DNA from: Lepidodermella squamata
Taxonomy: Eukaryota > Animalia > Gastrotricha
Reading direction: 5' to 3'
Assembly (NCBI GenBank): GCA_047495785.1
Contig: JBLDXI010000024.1
Location: forward strand, 3,720,001-3,784,000
DNA length: 64,000 bases
Made by a program: the position numbers and the translations under genes. Every line of letters begins with the position of its first letter. Position 1 is the stretch's first letter. Below the pieces are notes generated by a model, which was given only the letters and a program-made list of their open reading frames with translations, was not told where the DNA came from and did no database searches. This document shows positions 48,839 to 60,538 of this stretch, piece after piece.

Positions 48839-49368
48839 AATCTAATTACTGCAAGACGTGAAATCATTAACATAATATCGATAAGTATGTGCACACGCAG
48901 CCTTATAACTAATTCATTTCCAGCAGACAGCAGAGAACGAATAAAGTATTCAGAATTATTGGATCGGCGAAGGAAGATTGTTTTGCCACCATGAAACGTG
49001 TAGCACTAAAAAATTGGGGAATTAAAAAAACCCTATCAATTACAATAATAGGCACGATCACTGATGAATAAAAGTCACAAAATACCGTGTAGATGAATCA
49101 AGGGTCGTTCTAGTTTTAATGGCGTGCTGCCACGTAATTAAGGACAGTTGATGTTCAATGGTGGATGAATGAGTTAATTCATATAGCGCGAGGCGCAAGG
49201 AATGCCGGTAAACAAGCCGTAAGGAGGTCAATAGAAACACCATTAAGTTTCTAAAATAATGCAGAATTGTCTATTAGCAGCCATCAAATTACGCGCTGCT
49301 TTTCTGACGGCGAGAAGGCCAAGATCAAGTTGAATATTTTCGCGCAAAACATATAAAATAGCGATATC

Positions 49369-50128
49369 ATGTTGTGGCAAGAAATGGAAGGCATCATGCA
49401 ACGGGGCAAGCCTAAGCCGGAGCTCGAAGGCTGCTACAGAAATTTACGAACAAGGCCAAAACGACTTGAAAGTTTTGTAGTTGTTGGCCAATCCTCGGAT
49501 TCAGATAGCTCACATTGGGTCCCGATTCATGTTCAAGAGGCAAAAAAGCACGAAGCTATGGCGGAAGCCAAAGCCAGGCAAATCGTAAGCTAATTATTCG
49601 TTAATTCAAATGCACCATTACCTGAATTTTTGCAATTTTGCCATTTTGCAGCGCTTTTTCGATGCATGCCGGAGAGGCTCCTTCAATGCTGCCCGTGAAT
49701 TACTGCGAGACGGAAAAATTCACATCAATCATCATCAAGAGCACGAAGATTCCAACCTCGAGGAAGCTGCTCAACCTAGTCGCCCTAAATCAGCACGAAC
49801 CGAGAAATTCCAATCAAAGAAGGTCGGTCCTGGTATGACTGCACTGGCTTGGGCCAGTTATTACGGTCATGACGGTATAGTGGAAATGTTGCTCAGAGAA
49901 TTCAGGCATCACAGTCCTGAAGTTGATAAACGCGATCATGTTTTCAATCGAACGCCACTCATTTGGGCGGCTGGCTTTGGGTACACCAGGATAGTGCGAT
50001 TACTTCTTGATTTTGGCGCAAACGTCAATGCACGAGATAATCACAACTTCACGGCTCTTAAAGTTGCAAATCAGTACAGCCAAACTGCAGTCGTAAAAAT
50101 GTTAATTGACAGAGGCGGGAAGGAGTGA
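49369..50128 (+). CDS. small ankyrin-repeat protein (2 exons)
   Basis: GMTALAWASYYGHDGIVEMLL, NRTPLIWAAGFGYTRIVRLLLDFGANVNARD. Confidence 0.85.
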
Positions 50129-51008
50129 TTTTTATAAGGATTTTCATGCTGCTTATTCCAGAAGTCTACCGGTTTTACTTTGAAGCTATACAAAGCAATC
50201 CATATTTATATTGATAGTAACTAATAAAGAACTTCGAATTAAGGGATATATTTGTCTTCTTTCATTGTCATAAACCATTCAATGGCTTATTTTTATCTTC
50301 CATTTCTCATTTCAAATTGAATCGAGTGGCGTCTAGATTGGTGTGGGTATGCTTTGGGCCATCAGTCGGCAGATAATCTAGATTGATATCGAAAACAAAG
50401 CAACAAAAATCTTCTACGCCAGCTTTTTACATGATAAGTAGCATGAGTTACATGACGGCACGCGGCACGGCTCAATTTTATTTGTGGTGGGACCAGACCA
50501 AATCAGCAGCGTAAATCAGCGTCTTTACGTACGAATATAATACCAGCAAATTATTTAACGGTTCTTCGTATAAGCGACCGACATCGATGAGATAGACCTG
50601 TGCTATCGCTGAGCCAATGTCACGTAACTTCAAATCAGGGATCAAGGTTCAGGGTTCAGGATAACCTAAGAATTCCCAAATCCTAAAAAGCCGAAAACTA
50701 AAAGTATGATAGAAACTAATATAGCAGCGACGAGAGTGCAGATATTAATTTAGTAATTTATGGTAACTTCAATGCTTTCCAAATCAGAATTTAAAAGATT
50801 GACCTTGACTACATGAATTCAAAAGTTTGTCGGCGCGCTTTATCTCTTTTTCTTCCTCAGTCTCCAGGCTCTCTTGCTTCAGAAATCAGATGTCGTTGCT
50901 GGCATAGGCTCTCTTGCTGCAAGACATTTCTGTTCCATTTTGGTTTCCCGAGCTTGCTCTGTTTCTATTTCACAAAAGCGGTCAGAAACTAAACAGTAAT
51001 ACTCGACT

Positions 51009-51717
51009 ATGAAGCTACGCTCACACAAGTCTTGCGCCGAATCGCTTTGCAATATTTCGGTTAACTTTTAACTATCAAGCCCGTTTGTTATGTCGATTAT
51101 CGCTATTTTAGGATGTCAAGGAAGAAATCAAATCAGAAGCTGATTCCAATGACCAAATAGAAGCCACATGCAGCAACTCTTCTGGCGCTGCCGTTGTTGA
51201 TCGTAGGTCTTGTGGTCCCATTTACGGTACTCGGGCTATAAGGAAAAAGAGGAAGGCGTCATCAGTTGATCCTAGTGACCCACCGACTGTATCAGTTATC
51301 CTGCAGACGTGGACACTAGCTGAGTATGCTGCGTTGAAAAGAGGCGTTGAGCTCCATGGCGAATCGAACTGGACCAAAATCGCTAAATCAACTCCCATCC
51401 TGAATCATCGTTCTCGATTTGCGATAAAGTATGCTTATGAAAGGATGGTCTCAAATCCTGCTCTTTTGTGCCTCCTCGATGGATCAGATGAAAATATGCA
51501 TTCTATTGCCGTTGTTCCTCAGCGAATTTGGACTAAAGAGGAGCTCCAAGCTATAAGAGATGGCCATGAGCGGTTCGGTCATAATCGTTACAAGTGGCAG
51601 CTAGTTATTGATCACTATCCAGTCTTGAAGGGTCGAACTTTGAATCAATGCAGGCAAATATGGAACCGCCTACAAAGAGAGCCTGATTATGCTACTAAGA
51701 TGCTCGGTGATTGTTGA
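51009..51717 (+). CDS. double Myb/SANT (telobox-like) protein 1
   Basis: WTLAEYAALKRGVELHGESNWTKI and WTKEELQAIRDG...GRTLNQCRQIWNRL; one short intron. Confidence 0.8.
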
Positions 51718-52192
51718 TCTCTTACGAACGCTTTGTTGCTCATAACTCATAAAGTTGTTGCTCAGTGATAATATTAAGTTATTCTCTTTTAGCTACGTAG
51801 GTTTTTTTTAATCTATTCATATCATTAAATTAATCAATGATGCTTATCAGGACGAGAAGCATAATGAGTTCGAGAAGGTACTGTTAACATTTACAGGTTT
51901 ATCGAAAGAATAATCCAGAGGACAGCAAGGTGTCCATATGCCGAGAGGCGATGGAAAAAGCCTGTCCTGGATCTGGCCAGATTGCTTTTACTCATTCAAA
52001 AGCACGCTAAGTGACTAATTTTGCATTCATTGTTTTTCTTCCTGTATATTTTTCAATTATCTGATTTGGTCGCCTATCACCATCAATCAATTTAACTGGC
52101 TTCTTTGAAAATATGTTTCTCTCCATTCCTCGCTTTTCAATTCAAAAGGAGGAGAGAAAACAGATATAACACAGAAACATTACTAAACAACT

Positions 52193-52910
52193 ATGAAGGT
52201 GCGCTCACGCAAGTCTCGCGACCAGCCGATTTGCAGTTGTGGGGTTAACTTTTGAATTATTTTGCCGCTCTTTCATTCAATTTGTTGATTTCCATAATTT
52301 CAAGGATGTGAAGGAAGAAATTAAATCCGAACCTGACGCTGACGACCAAGTAGAAACCACGCGCAGCAACGATTCTGACCCTGCCGTTGTTGATCATAAT
52401 GTCTCTGGCCCCATCTATGCTACTCGGGCTTTAAGGAAAAAGAGGAAACCTTCAACAGTTGATCCCGGTGATCCCGCTACTTCTTTCGTTGTATTGCGGA
52501 CGTGGACGCTAGCTGAGTATGCTGCGTTGAAAAGAGCTGTTGAGCTCCATGGCGAATCGAACTGGACGAAAGTCGCTCGATCAACTCCCCTTCTGAAAAA
52601 TCGATCTCGATTCGCACTAAAGTATGCCTATGAGAGGATGGTGTCGGATCAAGCTCTGTTGCGCCTCCTCGATGGTTCAACAGAAAATCTGCACTCCATC
52701 GCTGTTGTTGCTCAACGCAAGTGGACTAAAGAGGAACTCGAAGCCATCCGAGAAGGCCATGCGCGTTTCGGTCATAATCATTGCAAGTGGCAACTAGTTC
52801 TTGATCACTATCCAGTCTTGAAAGGTAGAACTTTGAATCAATGTAGGAAAATTTGGAACCGCCTTCAAAGAGAGCCTGATTTTGCTGCCAAAATGCTTGG
52901 TGATTGTTAA
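52193..52910 (+). CDS. double Myb/SANT (telobox-like) protein 2
   Basis: Close tandem paralogue of protein 1 with the same exon structure. Confidence 0.82.
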
Positions 52911-53016
52911 TCTCATATCTTATTTGTAAAATTTTTGCGATTTGCCCCTGATTTCATTTATTCATTGTCATATTCATAGGTTTGCTTAATTTATTGAATC
53001 ATTATACTGGTTACTG

Positions 53017-53975
53017 ATGCTCACCAGGAAGAGAAGCATAGTGAGTTTTATTCAAAAATTAAAGCATTAGATTTGATGTTTATCTATTTTACCAGAGATT
53101 TGTCGAAAGCAATACCTTGGATGAATCTGAAATTAAACTCGAGGCCGAGTCTGTCAAAGTAATTGAATTGAATCAACTAGGGTTTCGCCATCAAAGATGA
53201 ATTTTTGATTTTTTTTAGTCTGATGGTAGTGAGAGTGGAGATAGAGAATCTCAAATGGAGCCATGTTCCACAGACAGGTAAGGCATAATCAAAATAATAT
53301 AGCAAGGAAACGTAATAATTTTATTTTAGCGTTTCAACTTCCAACTCGCGGGGCATCTTCGTTCCATGGACTATGATCGAATACGCGGCGTTGAAGGAAG
53401 CCGTTCTGAAACATGGTATTGGCAAATGGGACCACATTCGTCAAAACGAACCGATTTTAGCGAAGCGGAGCAAAAAATCTCTTTACCACGCGTGGAGAAT
53501 TTTACAAAAGGATTATGAGCAAGAAATTACAGGAGTAAAGGAGGAACCACCCGCCGAAATAGAACGAAAAAGATGGACTAAAAAGGAAATAATTGCGCTC
53601 AAAAACGCCGTTCAAAAACACGGCGAAGGAAACTGGCGAGTTATTTCCGCCACAACGCCGGCTTTATCCGGCAGAAAAATGAACTGCTTACGCTTCAAAT
53701 GGCAATTAATGTCAAGAGAAGCCGCTGAAAAGGGTGAAAGGTTGATTGTTGAACCCAACACGAAACCAGAAATCCGACGCGGTAAATGGAGCAAGAAAGA
53801 GCTTGAAGCTATTCGACAAGGCCATTTGCGTTTTAATGGCGATGCGAGGAAGTGGGATCTAGTTATTGCCAGTTACCCGAAAATTCTTGCCGGTCGAACG
53901 TCGAATCAATGCCGACAGGTGTGGTACGCCGTTCAGACGCAGCCGAAGTATGCGGCTAAATTTTTCGAAGAATAA
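53017..53975 (+). CDS. triple Myb/SANT (telobox-like) protein 3 (short 5' exons tentative)
   Basis: Three WT/WS..E..A(L/I)...HG.G.W-type repeats. Confidence 0.78.
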
Positions 53976-54107
53976 TTCTCTGCTGTTTTACTGCTCAATT
54001 TTTGTTGTTGTTTTGTGGTTGTTGCAATTTTCGTACTCGGCTAAATTAAATTCTGATTAATTTAGTATTTATTATGTGATGATTTTGAAGTGAGATTCCC
54101 GAGGCGA

Positions 54108-55078
54108 ATGTCGGTTAACGGGAATTTCAGATCGAATCGGAAGCGGAAAGTTGTAACTTTCGTAAGTAATAAAGCCAGTGATTGCTCATTTTTTTAATTT
54201 TCCTGGTTTGACGTTATAGGAAAATGATAGCTCGATTGAAAATCTGAATGATGCGATAAAACTGGAAGCTGAATCTGTTGCGGTAACTATTGAAAAGTTT
54301 GCATTTCGATTTAAGCGAATCAAATTTTATTAGTCAGATGAGGAAGAAACTCTTAATAGCAGCGACTTGAGGTAAGCAATTGAAAGGGCAACGATTTTGG
54401 CTCAATTGTTTGGTTTTTAGGGAATCTCCCTCGAAATTTATTCCTTGGACCGTGGCTGAGTACGCGGCTTTGAGAGCAGCTGTTGCTAAGTTTGGCCGCG
54501 GAAATTGGAAAACCATCCGCGAAAATGAGCCTCTCTTAGCTAAACGAAGCAGTAAATCGCTTTACTACGCCTGGCGACTCCTTCAAAGCGACTTGGAAAA
54601 GGAGGCCGCTGAAAAAGGCATCAAAATCGAGCCATTTGAGTCGAAACCTAACGAACCTTGGACTAAGCAAGAGATAATGGCGTTGAAAAATGCCGTTAAA
54701 AGGCATGGCGAGGGCAAGTGGCAGGTCATTCTTGCGACAACTCCAGCGCTATCGAAACGAAATCGAGCCAGTTTGTGTCAAAAATGGAGAATTCTGTCAA
54801 AAGCGGCGGCTGAAAAGGGTCAAAAATTGATTAGAAATACTCCTAAAAAGCCTGCGAAAACGAAGAAACCTGGTCGAATTAATTGGACTCGTAAGCAATT
54901 AGAGACGATTCGCGAGGGTCATTTTAGATTTGACGGCGAAGGTCGAAAATGGGACATGGTTATTGCCACTTATCCGAAAATTTTAGCCGGTCGAACTTCG
55001 AATCAATGCCGGCAAATTTGGTACAAATTGCAGACTCAGCCGGATTTTGCGGCTAAATTCTTTGGCCCGCAGGACTGA
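54108..55078 (+). CDS. triple Myb/SANT (telobox-like) protein 4 (short 5' exons tentative)
   Basis: Paralogue of protein 3: WTVAEYAALRAAVAKFGRGNW, WTKQEIMALKNAVKRHGEGKW, WTRKQLETIREG. Confidence 0.78.
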
Positions 55079-55205
55079 TTATCTCAATCATCCTACTCAA
55101 TTTTGTTGTATCTCTTCTCAATCATTGCTCATGATTCTTTCTGATTTTGCCTATAATAATATGTACATGTTTTTTCATCGATTGTTTTTTAGAAATTTTA
55201 TAAAT

Positions 55206-56929
55206 ATGGAACTCAGAGATTGGCGACTTGTTCCCGATCCAGATTTTCAATTCATCACAATTCATGGCATCAATCGCTCGCCGACGTTTTTCTTCAAATC
55301 GCCGCCAATTGTCGATCGATTGGACCAGTATGTTGTTCAAACTCAATCTGGCTCGTATTTGAAGTTGCGAGGCCCGCCGAAAATGGCAAAAATGTTGGAA
55401 AATTTCTCGCCTGAATTTTCTGAAAAATTTAATAATGGCTTTCCGGAAAATTGGCATGATCTATTCACTGCTGAGCTGGCTCGGTTGGAATACGAAAAAA
55501 TTGGCATGAATGCGGAATATGATACGCCTTCTCATGATGAGGTAAGAAATTTGCGTGAAATCGAATTTTTTAATTTAAATTAATTTTCGATTTTTTTCGC
55601 TAAATGCCGTGAAAATTAAGAATAGAACAAAATTTGAGCGTCAATGAAAATAAATTGCAAAATTATTCTGAAGGAGTCCACCGTTTAGCATCCGTGGAGT
55701 TTTTTCATGGAAAATTTATTCCAAAAATTAAATTAAGGAGGACATTTCTATTTTCAAGTTGTTTGCAAAATTTTGATGAATTTTTCGCTTAACTAATTTA
55801 TTTTTTGCTACTATTTAGGATCTACTGTCCAGGCTTTTGAACCCTGTGACTGGCAATGCCGAAGACGATCTGGGCCTACTGGCCGTCTCAGAAGACCCTC
55901 TCCGACCGGGCGCCGTGTTCAGCCTAGCGAATCCCGGAAAAAAATCACGGACTTATCGTAGGATAATGGTTCAATAAAACACTATTAATTTATCGCAAAT
56001 TTTTGAAAAATAATTCTAAACAGAAATCTGACGCGATCGGCGATGAAAGTGTGAAGAAAAGCTACCGAAAACGGCGTATTCTCAACAAAATCAAGCGAAA
56101 TTTGAACCTGCCTTATAGCGACATGTCGAGCGACGAAGAAAGCGGGAAAGATCTCAAAAATGACGAACAAACTGCTGATTACATTCCATTCACAGAAAAT
56201 GAGTTGAATCGAAAAGCGATTCATGAAATCAACAAATTTCTAGCTCAATTTTCGGACGATGTGGACAGAAAAATGACGCCAAATTTCGACAATGCAGATG
56301 ATTACGAGGTGTTGAGAGCTCGCAGCTACTCGGTCGCGCAAATTGCGGCGATGAAAATGGCGAAATCGCGCGTGTTCGATTCGCATGAATCGAAAAAACT
56401 CTTGAAGCTTTACCCGCAACTGCGGGGAATTCAAAATATCGAGAGGCCTTTATTACTTGATGACATCGAAAATAGCCCTGTTTATAAACAGGCCATACTC
56501 GACTACCAGCGTGTTCAAATGTCCCTAGGGGTGAAATATTTGCCGGTCGAAGCGCCCGATCCACTCGTAGATCGTTACTGTGATAGGCCGGTTTTAGTCG
56601 TTCGAGAGCCAGTTTTTAGGCCTGAAGTTTGCCGAGCGTTGATGAGAGCTATAGCGAGTTTTGACAAAACACGAGTGACGATTACTTGCGATATGATTCG
56701 AAGGGCGCATCCGTTGTTGCGCCGCTTCAGCGACGTGCGCATCAACCAGGTTTTGGTGAATTTGTGCTTCAAGCGCGGCTTTCGGCATCAAATGCTGCAC
56801 GGTCGCACGGCGACGCCGTCAGAGTTCAAGTCGTTTGAGGATGCGGATGATTTGAGGCGTTACATTGAGAAGCAGAACTTGCGGCATCCGGAAAGGAAGC
56901 ATAAAGAATGGCGGTGTGACCAGTTTTAA
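55206..56929 (+). CDS. SANTA-domain protein (KNL2/MIS18BP1-like), multi-exon
   Basis: LRDWRL...IHG...FKSPPIVDRL...VQTQSGSYLKLRG...FSEKFNNGFPENW is a typical SANTA signature; donor at ~55542; downstream exons to 56929. Confidence 0.75.
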
Positions 56930-57354
56930 GGCTTCGAGCATTTTTCCATCCGTTTGTTCCTTTTCAAGTGAATTTTTCTATTGAATAAAAGATTGTTGAA
57001 GTTCGATAAAATTGCGTTTTTTGACTCGGAAATGATTTTTTAAATATTTGGCTGATTTGCTGATGGAAACTGTGTGGAAGAACATGAAGAAATCTTGAAA
57101 TGACTTGTAAAAGCTAAACATGAGGCATTCTTGAGAAATTCTAAACCAGGTACCGTCAGACCTTTACGGTGTCACTTTTTCAAGCAAATCTTGAGTTGAT
57201 GATCCACCTCAACGAGAAAATTTAACGCTTAGGTTCCTGGAAACCTATTTTATTGAAAACTACCGAAATATCACATGACATTATTACATGAGCACTGAAG
57301 ATGATAACAGCTACAGTTCTATTTTGATTGCAAATGTTCATGACTGCTGTAATT

Positions 57355-57410
57355 TCAGATGCGATTGACAGTGATCGGGGTCGGCGCGTCAATGACTGGC
57401 TGCTGCTGTA
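57355..57410 (-). pseudogene. relic of an HSP20 3' end
   Basis: AGATGCGATTGACAGTGATCGGGGTCGGCGCGTCAATGACTGGCTGCTGC closely matches ~58755-58805. Confidence 0.7.
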
Positions 57411-57969
57411 AATTCACGGATTTAGATAAGACATTCGATGCAGCGGGCTCGATGTCGTATCGTTCGTTGGTGGAATTTGTAGCAAAGCGACATAGCAAGA
57501 CAATCTAGACAACTCCAGTTATTTAACGTTGGGAAAATCAGAAAATTTACTCAAATCCATCAGTCACCCTGTGTCATTTGACAATAGGAGCCTTTTGGAC
57601 AATATACGTGTGGCGGGTGTTTATTCTAGAATCTATGGACGATTCGTGTGGTTGAATTTTTTTTCTAAAAAAGCTACCAAAACAAGTCGTGACGTCAATG
57701 CGGGGTCTCTAGCCGCGAATGTAACGCCGCAGTGGTTTCTACGTTTAGTCTTGAAAACAACAGCATAACAGCCCGGAAAATTACCTGCAACACGTGATGT
57801 CTGTATTGATGTGTTATTCAGGTTTAAGGTAAACAGGTTTCCGAGCCAAATCGGCCGTTCATTCGGCTATAAAATGGTTGCGAAATTTGGTCAGAAAAGC
57901 ATCAGATTCAAACATTGAATAAACATTCAACTCTAACTAAAACTCAACCCCGCCATTCAAGCTTCAACC

Positions 57970-58314
57970 ATGCATTCATCAAAGCTGTTCATTGTGGCCA
58001 TTGCTGCTGTGCTTCTCGTTGAGCTAGTCCTGTCAAAGCCTCTCGGAAAAGGAGACTCGAGCCACTCATCCGAGGAGAGAAATTCGACCCAGATTGCTGC
58101 AAGAGGAAGATCAGGGCCAAACAATAAATCCGCTGTCAGAGGGAGCAGCGGTGGATCGAACCGGCCGAAGCGAGCTGCCAGTGACAATGGCGCCAACCAC
58201 GGCCAGAAACGAGGCAACAGTGGAGCAACTGAGGCGACGAATAAAAAAGGCGTAAGCGGTGCAGTCGAAGCCGCCACGACAGCTCGCTCCAGGGGCCACC
58301 ATAATCATCAATAA
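57970..58314 (+). CDS. orphan 114-aa secreted peptide precursor, copy 3
   Basis: Near-identical to copies 1 and 2; promoter CRE 57690-57697, GTAAACA 57829-57835, TATAAAA 57868-57874. Confidence 0.8.
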   Translation: MHSSKLFIVAIAAVLLVELVLSKPLGKGDSSHSSEERNSTQIAARGRSGPNNKSAVRGSSGGSNRPKRAASDNGANHGQKRGNSGATEATNKKGVSGAVEAATTARSRGHHNHQ

Positions 58315-58752
58315 TCGATTCATTTAAAGACCGATTTTATTTGCTCGCAATACTTTTTTAATTTTTTAATAAAATGACTTTCATTTTCAAAAAACTTAAT
58401 CTTTTGTTCAACTCAGAATTTCCAACGCAAGTTGGCGGAAAGACCATTGTTCATGGTATGGATTTATCCGAATTGAAGGTCATGACATTCAGCAGTCATT
58501 ATTAGTGTACTAATACAGTACTAATGTGCAGTACCCAGCAACCCGTATTACGCGATCTCATCGCATCGAAGAAGCGCCTAAAAATTGACGCCTCAAAACT
58601 TTACCAAAACAAAAACTTGATGATTCGCCTATTTTATTGAAAACTATAATCACAAATGACTGATTGATACAGTTCATGGCGCAGCACATTGAAGAGATAA
58701 CAACAAGCACTAGAAAATGTTAGCTAAGTCCAATTTTAATTTTGCCGCCATT

Positions 58753-59379
58753 TTAGATGCGATTGACAGTGATCGGAGTCGGCGCAACAATGGCTGGCTG
58801 CTGCGGGGGTGCTTCAACCTTGGGTGGCGGCAGCTTCGGCAGCGGCGCCTCGATGCTGAGCTGGCCGTCGTGGCTCATGCTCGACTGCAGCTCCAGCTTG
58901 GCCGGGTCGATGCTGGCGTCGTCGGGCAGGTACAGGTGGCGCAGGTAGTGGCGCTTCACGCTCGCCCGGTTCTGCTCGTCCGTGGTCTCGTGGCTCGCCT
59001 CGACCTTGATGCAGCGCTGCTTCGAGTCCAGCGTCACGGCTACCTCCTCGGGCTTGAAGTGCTGCAGGTCGAAGGTGCACTTCAGCCGCCGGTTGCCTTC
59101 CGCGTCCGTCTCGATCGGGTTCACCAGGCTGCGGTGCTCCAGCAGACTGCCCGGCCGCGTCGCGATGTTGTTGAGGGCGCTCGCCAGTTGCTGCTGCGAG
59201 GCGCGGAAATTGCGGTCCATGTTGCGGCGCAGGCGGTTCATCTCGTGGCCGAGGGCTTGGAACGAACGGTCGTAGTCGAGGAAATTCGACAGCGCCATGT
59301 CGGCCAGGTGGTCATCACAGACCAGCGAAGGCAAGTCGACAACGGTTGGGCGAGAATAGCTCGTTAGCCAGAAGCTCAT
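58753..59379 (-). CDS. small heat-shock protein (HSP20), copy 2, intronless
   Basis: 208 aa, 9 substitutions relative to copy 1. Confidence 0.93.
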   Translation of the reverse strand: MSFWLTSYSRPTVVDLPSLVCDDHLADMALSNFLDYDRSFQALGHEMNRLRRNMDRNFRASQQQLASALNNIATRPGSLLEHRSLVNPIETDAEGNRRLKCTFDLQHFKPEEVAVTLDSKQRCIKVEASHETTDEQNRASVKRHYLRHLYLPDDASIDPAKLELQSSMSHDGQLSIEAPLPKLPPPKVEAPPQQPAIVAPTPITVNRI

Positions 59380-59502
59380 TTCGATGCTGTAGAAATTCGA
59401 TCAGGAAATAGTGAAAAAAATTGAAAATTCAATGAAGCTGTTACAAATTTCGTAGTTCAGGCTTGAGAAATGTACACGATTGTCAGAGAAAAAAATGAAC
59501 GC

Positions 59503-59592
59503 CTTATAAAACCCGAGGAGAACATTCTAGAATAATCGAGAGTATACGGCGGCTGGGAAAATTCTAGAAAATTCCTAGAATTCCTAGAAATT
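59503..59592 (-). promoter_or_regulatory. TATA and heat-shock elements of HSP20 copy 2
   Basis: GAAcaTTCtaGAA (~59520-59533) and TTCtaGAAaaTTC (~59562-59574); TTTATAA ~59504-59510. Confidence 0.8.
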
Positions 59593-59877
59593 TACTAGTT
59601 ACTTCTTAACGAGTTCTTCGGATCGAACTGTCGTCATATTTTTGTTCTCGAATCTTCTGTGCTCAGCAAAAAACCATATTATATCCTGTGTAAAAGGCTA
59701 CCTACCTCAAAAGGACGTTGTTCTTTGTTTTAATTGCACCAGTTTAGCACACGAAAATTTCTCGCGTGATAATAACAACTGTTGGAGAGATTTTACATAA
59801 ACTTGTGCATCACTGATACTTTTCAGCCAATGTAGTCGATTGGACGCATTCGATGTATTTTAGCTTCAAAAAGATAT

Positions 59878-59950
59878 CGAGGCTGCCAGGAGTCGAACCT
59901 GGAATCTTCTGATCCGTAGTCAGACGCGTTATCCATTGCGCCACAACCCC
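59878..59950 (-). tRNA. tRNA-Arg(ACG)
   Basis: GGGGTTGTGGCGCAATGGATAACGCGTCTGACTACGGATCAGAAGATTCCAGGTTCGACTCCTGGCAGCCTCG; T-run terminator follows. Confidence 0.96.
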
Positions 59951-60139
59951 GCCCTGAGTAACCATGACAATAACCTCAAAGCAAATTTTACGACGAGGAG
60001 ATGATTCGCACATCAGCTCACTTGAAGCCGCTAATTCCGACGTTGTAAATCGTGTGGTGATAGGTAATAAAAGTCGGAAACTGAAGTGCTTGTTTATTTG
60101 CTTTTGAAGAAGAAACTTGCTCGTAGTAAATGCAGCCTA

Positions 60140-60211
60140 GGGGGCATAGCTCAGTGGTAGAGCGTCTCATTCGCATTGTGAAGGTCTCGGGTTCAATCCC
60201 CGATGCCTCCA
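60140..60211 (+). tRNA. tRNA-Ala(CGC)
   Basis: Cloverleaf with G3:U70 identity pair, anticodon loop TTCGCAT, A/B boxes, and downstream T-run. Confidence 0.9.
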
Positions 60212-60538
60212 GTTGGCACCTTTTTACAATTAATCACAATAATTTTTTTTATTTAATTATTTCAATTTTTTTCTTCCATTATTAGCATTTTTCGATTCTT
60301 TCAAACTTGAAGGAATTTTTCGGTTTATTACGCTAATAAAATCGTGTATGTTAACTGCATTTGCCCACCTCTTACACGTTACGCCAAAAAAACGTTTCAG
60401 TCAATGAAAACACAAGGAAATGATATCAAAAGCTGTTCTTTTATTTTCCGAGCCAGAATTATCATATATTGCTATAGATATAAGTTTGTTGTGAGAGTTC
60501 GCAAACATCAACAACGATTCTCAAAGCTGTGTAATTCA

